NCBI GenBank assembly: GCA_944332525.1
Contig: CALVKD010000070.1
Location: forward strand, 4,014-68,013
Origin: an uncultured Bacilli bacterium
Lineage (GTDB): Bacteria; Bacillota_I; Bacilli_A; RFN20; CAG-449
DNA: 64,000 bases
Direction of reading: 5' to 3'
Shown: piece by piece, positions 19,761 to 28,794 of the stretch
Layout: every line of letters starts with the position of its first letter
Position numbering within the stretch: position 1 is the stretch's first letter
Translations under genes and position numbers: made by a program
The notes under the pieces: model-generated
What the model was told of the DNA's origin: nothing
Seen by the model: the letters and a program-made list of their open reading frames with translations, nothing else
Database searches by the model: none

Positions 19761-21380
19761 ATGCACAGATTTTAACTTCTTTTGAAAGTATTCTAATGTT
19801 TCACTAATAAGAGATACTTCATCCGTGACATAGTCTTCATATTTTTTGACACCGATAAGATAATAATTGTTGATGACATCAGAGAGTTTAGCTAACGAAG
19901 CATATGGTAATGTATGAATAAATTCATGTGTTAATGAGACATCGTTAAGGAAAGCGTTAATTAGATCTTCTTTACCAAGATTACCTTTTTCATATTCTTT
20001 ATACACACTTTCGATTAATCTTAAACGAGTTAAATCAATCTTTTCTCTTTCTTCATCAAAGAAAATCATCTTATCAAAGAAATCGTGGTCATAAAGCGAA
20101 ATAGCAAAGATTTTGCTCTCGTTAACCATCAATGAGTAGCCGTGCAGAGAAAGATAGACACCTTCAAGTGAGGTCTTAATTAATGCACGATCAATTTTTT
20201 TAGCTTCATCGAGACTCATTCCGTTACGAATTCCGTTAAATAAAGCAAAATCAGAGGAAAAATAATCGATTTCCATTAATTCATCAACTTCCGAAAATAA
20301 CAGATAAGCATCGTCTAATTTTAAAAGCTTAGTCACTTCATCGCATTCATAGGTTGGACCTTGTTTTAACAAATCTTTTTCTGTTTTACTAAATTTAACT
20401 AAAATTTCAGATGCTTTCTGTCTAAAATGATACTCTTTAACTCCAAGATATGGGATTAAATATTCATTGCAGTCATAAAAGCGTTTTAAATCATTTTTGA
20501 TATGTTCTTCATCTAAATCTAATTGCTTTTTTAAATCATCAACTGAAGAAAATTTCTTCTCATCGCGAATAAAACTGATAAATGAAACCTCAATTTCTTT
20601 ATTATAAATATTTCCATTAAAATCAAAGAGATTAACTTCTAAAATTGGAGTTTGAAGTTCATTGATAGTTGGATGCACGCCAATATTTGCCATGCCCATA
20701 TAATAACAATCATCAACCCTAACTAAGACGCTATAAACGCCGAAACGCGGAATGACATAATTACCCATCTCGACATTCGCGGTTGGATAAAGAGAAACGG
20801 ATCCGACGTGGAAACCCTTTTCAACTTCGCCCCGTATCACATAAAACCGTGATAATAAACTATTCGCATGGTCAATCTCGCCGTTTTCAATATATTTAAT
20901 AATCTCTCTTGTTGAAATTTTCTTCTCACCATCAAGAATTTCTTTAACTTCAACAACTTGATAACGACCTCTGGATAATTTTGCAAGAAGTTCATTGTTA
21001 CCTTGAGCTTGATAGCCAAATGAGTAATCCTTTCCGACTATTAATTCTTTAGGATTAAGTTTTATTAAAAGTTCTTCAACGAAATCATCAGAGGAAAGAT
21101 GTTTTATCTCTTCAGTAAATTTTAAGACGATTAAATATTCTACACCTAAGCGTTCAAGAATATTTTTCTTATCTTCGATGGTTAAAATATTTTTTTTGTT
21201 TTTTAATCCGATATCACTAGAGAATTCTAAAGTTAAAACAGCTGAATGATATTTAGATTTTAATGCGCGTTTAATTAGTTCTAGGTGTCCAAGATGCAAA
21301 CCATCAAAATACCCTAAACATAGAGATAATTCGTCTTTTATTTTTTTTATATTATCAAGTGAAATATTAATTACTTCCAT
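19758..21380 (-). CDS. ribF: Bifunctional riboflavin kinase / FAD synthetase with an extra ~240-aa C-terminal domain of unknown function
   Basis: N-terminal nucleotidyltransferase GYFDGLHLGH (HxGH). Riboflavin kinase domain (RGEVEKGFHVGS...PTAN). Canonical RibF is ~310 aa; this ORF is 540 aa. Confidence 0.8.
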   Translation of the reverse strand: MEVINISLDNIKKIKDELSLCLGYFDGLHLGHLELIKRALKSKYHSAVLTLEFSSDIGLKNKKNILTIEDKKNILERLGVEYLIVLKFTEEIKHLSSDDFVEELLIKLNPKELIVGKDYSFGYQAQGNNELLAKLSRGRYQVVEVKEILDGEKKISTREIIKYIENGEIDHANSLLSRFYVIRGEVEKGFHVGSVSLYPTANVEMGNYVIPRFGVYSVLVRVDDCYYMGMANIGVHPTINELQTPILEVNLFDFNGNIYNKEIEVSFISFIRDEKKFSSVDDLKKQLDLDEEHIKNDLKRFYDCNEYLIPYLGVKEYHFRQKASEILVKFSKTEKDLLKQGPTYECDEVTKLLKLDDAYLLFSEVDELMEIDYFSSDFALFNGIRNGMSLDEAKKIDRALIKTSLEGVYLSLHGYSLMVNESKIFAISLYDHDFFDKMIFFDEEREKIDLTRLRLIESVYKEYEKGNLGKEDLINAFLNDVSLTHEFIHTLPYASLAKLSDVINNYYLIGVKKYEDYVTDEVSLISETLEYFQKKLKSVH

Positions 21381-22237
21381 TAAAATAAACCTCTTTTCAT
21401 CTTATAGATATTGTCTACGTATTCATAAATTGCTAACGCTTCATCACCATTCATCAATAAAATCCGATTGCCTTGATAAGGCAAGAATAATTGTTTTCCA
21501 TTTTTGATATCTTTAACCATCTTTTCATCAGCAGCAACTTTAGGATATTTAATAAAATTTTCGATTGGCAATAAATCATTAATAGTCAAATCTTCAATCT
21601 TTTTACTCTCATCGAGACAATGAGTTCCTATTCTGGTTCTAGTTAAAGATTTTAAATGACCGACAGTATTTAAAGCTAAGGCGATATCATAGCCTAATGA
21701 CCTAATATATGTACCTTTACTAACCGATGCAAAGAAAGTAATTTCATTATCATTAAAACTCTTCAACTCTAATTTGCTAATATAGACTTTACGAGATGGT
21801 ATTTCAACATCAATATTTTTTCTGGCATATTCATAAAGAGGGATTCCATTTTTCTTTAAAGCAGAATATTTAGGTGGTGTCTGAGCGATTTCACCAAGAA
21901 ATTTTTTAAATGTGTTTTCAACATCGTCTTTTGAGATATTTCCCACTTCTTTTTCATTGATGATTTTGCCATCTAAATCTAAAGTATCTGTTTCTTTTCC
22001 TAAGCTAAGAACGGCTAAATAATCTTTATCATCATCTTCAAGAAACGGGATGGCCTTTGTCGCTTTGCCAAGACAAACAATTAATAATCCTTCGGCAAAT
22101 GGATCAAGAGTGCCAGTATGCCCCATCTTTTTTTCAGAAAACTTTCTTTTTAAAGTTCTAATAACATCAAAAGATGAGCAGCCTTTTTCTTTATTAATTA
22201 AAAATATACCGTCCATAAGTTGCAAATCACCTAGCAA
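21380..22237 (-). CDS. truB: tRNA pseudouridine(55) synthase
   Basis: GxLDPxAxGLL catalytic Asp motif (HTGTLDPFAEGLL). The true start is probably MDGIFLINKEKG at 22216. Confidence 0.9.
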   Translation of the reverse strand: MLGDLQLMDGIFLINKEKGCSSFDVIRTLKRKFSEKKMGHTGTLDPFAEGLLIVCLGKATKAIPFLEDDDKDYLAVLSLGKETDTLDLDGKIINEKEVGNISKDDVENTFKKFLGEIAQTPPKYSALKKNGIPLYEYARKNIDVEIPSRKVYISKLELKSFNDNEITFFASVSKGTYIRSLGYDIALALNTVGHLKSLTRTRIGTHCLDESKKIEDLTINDLLPIENFIKYPKVAADEKMVKDIKNGKQLFLPYQGNRILLMNGDEALAIYEYVDNIYKMKRGLF

Positions 22238-22261
22238 TAATTATAATAAATAAAGGTAAAA

Positions 22262-23407
22262 ATGAAAATGATTAACTCACTTAAACATATCCTTTCTCTT
22301 GTCAGCAAAGCTGATTACGAATTCTCGCTTATTGATGACGGCGATAAAATTGCCGTTGGAGTTTCTGGAGGTAAAGATTCAATGCTCATGCTCAAAGCAT
22401 TAAAACTTTACTCTTTATTTCCAAGCAAAAATTTTACTTTTTATGCTGTATTTCTTGATTTAGGATTTGGAAACGTCGATCAAGAAACATTAAAAACTTT
22501 CTGCGAAAAAGAAAATATTCCATTGCATATTGAAAATTCAACTGATGTCTATCAAATACTAAAATGCCATAAAAACAAAAATGGACATTTACCATGCTCA
22601 ATTTGTTCAAGAATGAAAAAAGCTGCGATTAACAAGGTCGCTCATGAACTAAACTGCAATAAGGTTGCTTTCGCTCATCACTATGATGACGCTTTAGAAA
22701 CTCTTTTAATGAACTCTATCTATGGAGGAAGGCTTGCAACTTTTGCCCCGAAAATGCATTTAGAAACAACGGATTTAACTTTTATTAGGCCGTTTATTTT
22801 AGTGAGGGAAAAATATATTATCTCCGCGGTTAAAGCTAATCAAATTCCAGTTATAAAATCCGCTTGCCCAAACGACCACATCACTATGCGCGAAGAGGCA
22901 AAGCAAATGTTATCATCACTTTATCAAAAATATCCTGAATCATATCAAAACTACTTTAATTTATTACTTGATGATGAACATTTTGATTTATGGTTTGATA
23001 AAAAAATGTTCCCATTAGGAAATCATTTAACCGCGATTAAAGCGCGTACTCAAGAAGACATTTTAGCTTGCTATTACTTATTTAAATCAGTCGTTGATGA
23101 AAATAGCCTCAATCAAAATACCCTTCTTTATCTAGTTAGAAAAGAAGGTAACCCATATTTGGCTTGCGAAATAAGAAAGATTGCTGAAAAAGAATATCTA
23201 ATAACTAAGGTTTCTAGTGAATGCCTAGACATGCAAAATCTTCTTTCATACATTGAATATGATCTTGCAAAAAAGAGTAATCCGTTAATATTTCATCTCT
23301 CAGATAATCTAAATGACGATTTCTTTGAAAGAAACGGCTATGATAAAATTACAAAAACAAAGGTTATTAATTATGTAATGCGTTATCGCCAATCGCTAAA
23401 CAAATAA
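22262..23407 (+). CDS. PP-loop ATP-pyrophosphatase of the TtcA/TilS type (tRNA thiolation/modification) with a ~150-aa C-terminal extension
   Basis: SGGKDS PP-loop. CxxC (CSIC) plus a downstream Cys typical of TtcA Fe-S ligands. 381 aa versus ~300 for TtcA. Confidence 0.65.
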   Translation: MKMINSLKHILSLVSKADYEFSLIDDGDKIAVGVSGGKDSMLMLKALKLYSLFPSKNFTFYAVFLDLGFGNVDQETLKTFCEKENIPLHIENSTDVYQILKCHKNKNGHLPCSICSRMKKAAINKVAHELNCNKVAFAHHYDDALETLLMNSIYGGRLATFAPKMHLETTDLTFIRPFILVREKYIISAVKANQIPVIKSACPNDHITMREEAKQMLSSLYQKYPESYQNYFNLLLDDEHFDLWFDKKMFPLGNHLTAIKARTQEDILACYYLFKSVVDENSLNQNTLLYLVRKEGNPYLACEIRKIAEKEYLITKVSSECLDMQNLLSYIEYDLAKKSNPLIFHLSDNLNDDFFERNGYDKITKTKVINYVMRYRQSLNK

Positions 23408-23435
23408 AAAATGAAGGTGTAAGCCTTCATTTTTC
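23406..23435. terminator. Bidirectional terminator between the convergent PP-loop gene and rbfA
   Basis: aaaaa-ATGAAGG-tgtaag-CCTTCAT-ttttt. Confidence 0.55.
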
Positions 23436-23771
23436 ATCATCATTAATATCTTTGAGAATCTTATCAATTCTTTCGTAACGATCAATTAAATCATCCTTGA
23501 AAAAGGCGATTTCCGGAACTTTATAAATATCCATCTTCTTAGCTAAAGAACTTCTAATAAAACCTTTAATATGATTAAGTTCATTTAAGGCTTGATCTGT
23601 TTTGTCCTTTTCTAAATGCGAAACATATATTTTAGCTAAAGAATTATCTTTGTTAACAACAACATCATTAACCGAGACTAATTTCATCATAGGATCTTTT
23701 AATTCAAAGAGAATGATATCTGAGATATTTTTTTTAATGAGCATTGCAATGCGCGGACCTTTTTTCGCCAT
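23427..23771 (-). CDS. rbfA: Ribosome-binding factor A
   Basis: ~114 aa KH-like RbfA, in the conserved position downstream of infB. Confidence 0.85.
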   Translation of the reverse strand: MAKKGPRIAMLIKKNISDIILFELKDPMMKLVSVNDVVVNKDNSLAKIYVSHLEKDKTDQALNELNHIKGFIRSSLAKKMDIYKVPEIAFFKDDLIDRYERIDKILKDINDDEK

Positions 23772-23773
23772 AA

Positions 23774-25627
23774 TTATTGCCTCTCAACAAGACGAACTTC
23801 GAAGGCTTCAATAATGTCTTCTTCTTTTTCGTCATTATAATTTTCGATAGTAATTCCGCATTCAAAGCCTTTCTTGACTTCACTAGCATCATCTTTTTCT
23901 CTTCTTAAGGATTTAATTTTCGAAGTATAAATAACAACACCATTTCTAATTATCCGGCATTGAGCACCTCTTTTAACCGAACCTTCTGTGACATAGCAAC
24001 CAGCGATGGTACCTACTTTACTAAATGTGAAAATCTGTCTAACTTCAGCTTGTCCTAAAATAGTTTCTTGCTCAACTGGTTTCATCATGCCTTTCATCGC
24101 ATTTTCGATTTCTTCAGTCAATGCATAGATGATATCGTGAAGATGGATTTCAACCTTTTCTTCTTGAGCCTTTTGTCTAATCGCAGCATTAGGACGGATA
24201 TTGAATCCGTAAATAAGTGCCTTTGATGCTGAAGCTAAAGCGATATCGGATTCAGTAATGGTTCCAGTTTGGGCATGGATAATATTGATTTTTACTCCAT
24301 CGACTTGAATTTTATTAAGAGAAGATTTTAAAGCTTCAACTGAGCCAGTAGTATCAGCTTTTAAGATAATATTAACATTCTTGATGTCACCATCTTGAAT
24401 TTGTTTAAATAATTCATCAAGAGAAGCAGCAGGGCCTTTATTTAAAGTCTTATCTCTTTCGCGAAGCTGACGTTTATCTGCGATTTCACGAGCTTCTTTC
24501 TCTGATGAGAACGCCATAAAGTGGTCACCAGCTGATGGAACATTTTCAATACCAGTAACGACAACCGGTGTAGAAGGAAGAGCAGTGGAAATGTTTTGAC
24601 GATATTCATTTACCATTCTTCTAACTTTACAATAATAGTTTCCGATAACTAAGGAGTCACCGACTTTTAATGTACCATTTTGAATTAATAACGTAGCCTT
24701 AGGACCTTCGTTACGGTCAAGAGAAGCTTCAATAACCGAACCTAAAGCATAACGGTTTGGATTAGCTTTTAACTCTTTTAATTCAGCAACAACCAAGATT
24801 GTTTCAAGTAAGTTGTCAATACCGATTTTCTTCTTTGCTGAAACTTTAACAAAGATTGTACTTCCTCCCCATTCTTCAGGGATTAATTCATATTGAGCGA
24901 GTTCATCATAGACTCTTTCAATATTTGCAGTCGGTTTATCAATCTTATTGATAACGACAATGATTGTAACATTTGCGGCTTTTGCGTGATTGATAGCTTC
25001 AACAGTTTGCGGCATGACCCCGTCATCAGCAGCGACAATGATTAAGGCAATATCAGTAACAGCAGCTCCGCGGGCACGCATCTGCGTGAAGGCTTCATGA
25101 CCAGGAGTATCTAAGAAAGTGATTTTCTTGCCGTTAATTTCTTTTTGGTAAGCACCGATTTGTTGAGTGATTAAACCTGCTTCCTTATCGGCGACATGGC
25201 TATCGCGGATTGCATCGATTAAGGTAGTTTTACCGTGGTCGACGTGACCCATAACACAGACTACAGGTGGACGTTCGACTAGGTCTTTTTCGTCATCATG
25301 AATAACGATATTTTCAAAATCTTCCTTATCAACAGCTTCCTCTTTTTGGAAATCATATCCATATTCGACACAAATTTCCGCAATCAAATCATCGCTTAAT
25401 GTTTGATTAATATTGACCATTTTCTTCTGTAAGAAAAGGAAACGGATAATATCAGTCGGGTTGAGATTTAATTGTTTTGCTAATTCTCCGACTGTAACAT
25501 CTCCGGTATATTTAAAAACGCCTCCGTTGACTTTACTTTTATTAGTCGGAACTTTTTTATTTTTATCGAAGGTAGGGACATTGCTGGCCCGGGCTTGACT
25601 TTTATTATTCGGTTTTTTATTTCCCAT
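23774..25627 (-). CDS. infB: Translation initiation factor IF-2 (short-N-terminus form)
   Basis: GTPase motifs GHVDHGKT, DTPGH, NKID. C-terminal beta-barrel domains. 617 aa. Confidence 0.95.
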   Translation of the reverse strand: MGNKKPNNKSQARASNVPTFDKNKKVPTNKSKVNGGVFKYTGDVTVGELAKQLNLNPTDIIRFLFLQKKMVNINQTLSDDLIAEICVEYGYDFQKEEAVDKEDFENIVIHDDEKDLVERPPVVCVMGHVDHGKTTLIDAIRDSHVADKEAGLITQQIGAYQKEINGKKITFLDTPGHEAFTQMRARGAAVTDIALIIVAADDGVMPQTVEAINHAKAANVTIIVVINKIDKPTANIERVYDELAQYELIPEEWGGSTIFVKVSAKKKIGIDNLLETILVVAELKELKANPNRYALGSVIEASLDRNEGPKATLLIQNGTLKVGDSLVIGNYYCKVRRMVNEYRQNISTALPSTPVVVTGIENVPSAGDHFMAFSSEKEAREIADKRQLRERDKTLNKGPAASLDELFKQIQDGDIKNVNIILKADTTGSVEALKSSLNKIQVDGVKINIIHAQTGTITESDIALASASKALIYGFNIRPNAAIRQKAQEEKVEIHLHDIIYALTEEIENAMKGMMKPVEQETILGQAEVRQIFTFSKVGTIAGCYVTEGSVKRGAQCRIIRNGVVIYTSKIKSLRREKDDASEVKKGFECGITIENYNDEKEEDIIEAFEVRLVERQ

Positions 25628-25679
25628 ACAAATCTCTCCTTTCTTAATATAAATGTCAGTTGTGTGATAGAAAAGATAA

Positions 25680-26015
25680 CTATTGATTATCTTCGCTAAG
25701 TTTTTTTATTTGTGAAGCGATGTTATGATCCATAACACCGACGCAAACTACTTCATTTTTACTAAATAGTTCACCAAGTTCACTTTTAGAAAATACTGTA
25801 ACTGTCGGAACTTGATAATAAGCTGCTTTTTGTCGATATTTTTTATCTTGATTCTGCGCAATATCGGAAGCCAAAACTAAAATATCGACTTTATTAACCA
25901 TCATTTTCACAATGGCGCTTTCACCAAAGCACAATTTTCTCGCAGCATAAGCAAATTGAATTAGACTGGCGATTTTATTTTGTAATGAGTTCATATAATT
26001 CCTCATAGATTTCAT
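25680..26015 (-). CDS. ylxQ: L7Ae-family RNA-binding protein (YlxQ)
   Basis: ~100-aa L7Ae/L30e-fold protein in the conserved position between ylxR and infB. Confidence 0.7.
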   Translation of the reverse strand: MKSMRNYMNSLQNKIASLIQFAYAARKLCFGESAIVKMMVNKVDILVLASDIAQNQDKKYRQKAAYYQVPTVTVFSKSELGELFSKNEVVCVGVMDHNIASQIKKLSEDNQ

Positions 26016-26235
26016 TTGGGACTTGCATCTTAAATGCTTTGTCTAGCAAATGATTCTTTTTACACTTATCGATTGCTTCTTGAGATTTAGAAAGATATGC
26101 GCCACGACCATTTTTCTTTCCAGTCAAATCGATAGAGATTTCACCTGATTTATTTTTGACAATTCTGATGAGTGAATTTTTATCGAGCATCTCATTAGTT
26201 GCGATGCAACGCCGTAAAATAGGATCTTTAGCCAT
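25975..26235 (-). CDS. ylxR: YlxR/DUF448 RNA-binding protein
   Basis: RRCIAT...GRGAY motif (RRCIATNE...GRGAYL), in the conserved position after nusA. Confidence 0.75.
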   Translation of the reverse strand: MAKDPILRRCIATNEMLDKNSLIRIVKNKSGEISIDLTGKKNGRGAYLSKSQEAIDKCKKNHLLDKAFKMQVPNEIYEELYELITK

Positions 26236-27914
26236 TATTTATCGTCGTAGTATTGATCGAATTGATCGTAATCAATCTCATCATCATCGTCATAATCTTC
26301 TTCAGCTTCTTCAGCTTCAAGTTCAGCGAGTTCATCCTCAGTATACATATCTTTTCTAGGAGTGAATCTCTCTTCTTTCTTTTCTTCTTTTTCGTCTTTT
26401 TCCTCTTCAGGTTTTTTCTTCTTTTTGGAAACAGGTGCTTGAGCTTTTTGTTTCTTTTCTTCATCGATTTGTTTTTCTAAATCTGAAAGAGAAACATGGT
26501 CTTGTAAGATGACAGGTTTGAATTCTACAGGTGTTTCTTCAACCTTAACTTCTTCTTTTTCACTTTCATTAGCAGGAGCTGCTTCTTCTACTGGAGTATC
26601 TAAAGTTTCTTCTTCTGATGAAGTTTCATTTTCCAGTGATTCATCATCTTCATATTCTTCATCGTCTTCAATATCATCAGCTGATGCAGTAAGAGAAGCT
26701 AAAGTCTGTTTACGCTTTTCTTCATCTTCCTTGCTCTTTTCAATCATCGCAAGTCTCTTCTTTTCCTTGACGAGTTCATCGTTTTGTTTCTTAAGTTCTT
26801 CAACTGGTACAAAATCAATATTTTCTTCAACAGCTTCAGAATACTCTTTAATGTCAATCTTACCACCGGCTAATTTAACAGCTAATCTAGCATTGACACC
26901 TTTTTTACCAATTGCAACTTTTAATTCACCATCTTTTACAACTGCAATATAACTTCCATCTCCGTTATCCTTGACTCCAACGACGTGGGCTGGTTGTAAA
27001 CATTCAGAAATAAATAATCCCTTGAGATCATAATATTGAATAATATCAATTTTTTCATGGTTTAATTGAGCGCAGATCTTTTGAATCTTGCTTCCGCCTG
27101 GCCCAATACAAGCTCCGACAGGATCAACATTAAAGTCATTTGACATAACGGAGACTTTACTTCTCTCACCGGCTACTCTAGCGATATCTTTAATAATAAC
27201 TGTTCCGTCATAAACATCGCGGATTTCTTCTTCAAATAATCTTTTTAAGAAACCTGGGCAAGCACGAGAAACAACAATTCCTTGTTCAGAATTACCAATA
27301 CCTGATAAATAAACTTTTAATTGTTGACCTGGACGAATAGTTTCAATTTCATCACCAATCATCTCTTTGCGAGGTAAGGTGACAAAGGTTCTGCCAATAT
27401 TAACAGAAACGAAACGTTTTCCTGGATCGATGTTATCAACCGTTCCAGTGATAAGTTCATCGATTTTATCTTTATAAATCGCGTAAATAGCAGCTTTTTG
27501 AGCTTCTTTAATTTTTTGAACGAAAACAGTTTTTAATTTTTTTACTTCTGGAACACCAAAATCAGTTAAAGGAACTGCAAATTCCATAATATCACCGATT
27601 TTAGCATCAGGTTTAATTTCTTTAGCATCCTCAAGAGAGATTTCAATTGCATCATCTTCAACATCTTCAACGACATTTTTAAGATTAAAAACTGAAATAT
27701 CCCCGCTATCGATATCAATATTGACTTTAACCATCAAATCAGGTAAGCCTTCAACATGTTTCTTTTTAACAACTGTTTCAATAGATTCAGCCAAGAGACG
27801 GGCGATTTCTTCTCTAGAAATACCATATTCTTCTTCGAAAGCTTCAAAGGCTTCTAACATGCTCTTGACATCAATTCCGTTGATTCGGTTATTTGATTTC
27901 TTTCTTGCTGGCAT
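26235..27914 (-). CDS. nusA: Transcription termination/antitermination factor NusA with a ~190-aa highly acidic/Lys-rich low-complexity C-terminal tail
   Basis: NTD, S1 and tandem KH domains (GxxG: IGPGGSKI, IGKKGVNA), followed by a long E/D/K-rich tail. Confidence 0.9.
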   Translation of the reverse strand: MPARKKSNNRINGIDVKSMLEAFEAFEEEYGISREEIARLLAESIETVVKKKHVEGLPDLMVKVNIDIDSGDISVFNLKNVVEDVEDDAIEISLEDAKEIKPDAKIGDIMEFAVPLTDFGVPEVKKLKTVFVQKIKEAQKAAIYAIYKDKIDELITGTVDNIDPGKRFVSVNIGRTFVTLPRKEMIGDEIETIRPGQQLKVYLSGIGNSEQGIVVSRACPGFLKRLFEEEIRDVYDGTVIIKDIARVAGERSKVSVMSNDFNVDPVGACIGPGGSKIQKICAQLNHEKIDIIQYYDLKGLFISECLQPAHVVGVKDNGDGSYIAVVKDGELKVAIGKKGVNARLAVKLAGGKIDIKEYSEAVEENIDFVPVEELKKQNDELVKEKKRLAMIEKSKEDEEKRKQTLASLTASADDIEDDEEYEDDESLENETSSEEETLDTPVEEAAPANESEKEEVKVEETPVEFKPVILQDHVSLSDLEKQIDEEKKQKAQAPVSKKKKKPEEEKDEKEEKKEERFTPRKDMYTEDELAELEAEEAEEDYDDDDEIDYDQFDQYYDDK

Positions 27915-27934
27915 AGTATTTTTTCTAACTCCTT

Positions 27935-28450
27935 TTAAATTTTTACAGTCAGTTTAGCTTTAGCGATATTGCTAGTCTCGATTTGTACTGTTTTTTCTCT
28001 AGTTTTAACGCGGTAAGTCAAAGTAATAGTTTCACCATTGACTTCTTTTAAATATCCATAATAGATATTTTCTCCGTCGACAGGATTAATCAAACGCATT
28101 TCAAAATAACGATCGATTAATTTTGGAAGATAGGATAAATCCTTGATTTCTTTTTCTGCACCTGAAGTTGAAACATCAAGCGAGTAATTATCTTGAATTA
28201 AATCTGCCTCATCGAGCTTTTTGCTAATCTCATCTGAAATAAGGCAGATATCATCTAATGTCATGGAAGAAAAATCATCGCGTTCGACATAGATAGTTAA
28301 GATATTTTCTTTACCTTTTCTTTTATAAGAAAGTAAATCGATATGACAACCTCTTTTACTAAGCAAAGGGGCAATCAATCCGCTTAAGGCATTCTCTAAT
28401 TCACTCAAAACCAACACCTCCCTTTTCAAAATAAAAAGTGGGAATCCCAC
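27935..28450 (-). CDS. rimP: Ribosome maturation factor RimP
   Basis: ~170 aa, in the conserved position upstream of nusA. Confidence 0.8.
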   Translation of the reverse strand: MGFPLFILKREVLVLSELENALSGLIAPLLSKRGCHIDLLSYKRKGKENILTIYVERDDFSSMTLDDICLISDEISKKLDEADLIQDNYSLDVSTSGAEKEIKDLSYLPKLIDRYFEMRLINPVDGENIYYGYLKEVNGETITLTYRVKTREKTVQIETSNIAKAKLTVKI

Positions 28451-28571
28451 TTCTTACATTTGTATAAATGAATCGAAGACATAACAATCACTTGTTACGC
28501 ACCTATAATACTATTTTTTAAAATTCTTTGCACCACTTTTTTTATTAGAATAAACTTTTCTATTTCAAGGC

Positions 28572-28608
28572 AAGAAAAAAGCCTAGAAAAAGGGGAAAAT
28601 CTAGGCTA
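28572..28608 (-). terminator. Terminator downstream of tRNA-Thr
   Basis: agcctag/ctaggct 7-bp stem with 14-nt loop, followed by a U6 run on the minus strand. Confidence 0.45.
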
Positions 28609-28618
28609 ATTTTCATAA

Positions 28619-28692
28619 TGGTGCCCCCTCGCAGAGTCGAACCACGCACGGATCCTTACCATGGATCTGTTATACCGATTAACTAAGGGGGC
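28619..28692 (-). tRNA. tRNA-Thr (anticodon GGT), CCA encoded
   Basis: Hand-folded cloverleaf: acceptor GCCCCCT/AGGGGGC; D-arm GTTA/TAAC; anticodon stem GATCC/GGATC with loop AUGGUAA (U33, GGU, A37); T-loop TTCGACT; discriminator A; CCA. Confidence 0.85.
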
Positions 28693-28794
28693 AACAAGCA
28701 GTCCGATTTCGCACTGCCTTTATATACTAACAAACACCTATCATGTCTGTCAATAAGAAATTTTAGTTTTTTAACGTTTTTTTATTTAATTTTT

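Noticed and set aside
26253-26952. Plus-strand ORFs (75 aa Phe/Leu-rich, 147 aa Ser-rich) antisense to nusA
   Set aside because: They are low-complexity shadows of the repetitive GAA/GAT/AAA codons of the NusA acidic tail. They have no RBS, and nusA itself is unambiguously coding.
28451-28560. Possible promoter for the rimP-nusA-infB operon (TGCAAA...TATTAT on the minus strand)
   Set aside because: The match to -35/-10 consensus is weak and the spacing is uncertain. It cannot be supported by eye alone, so it is not reported as a feature.
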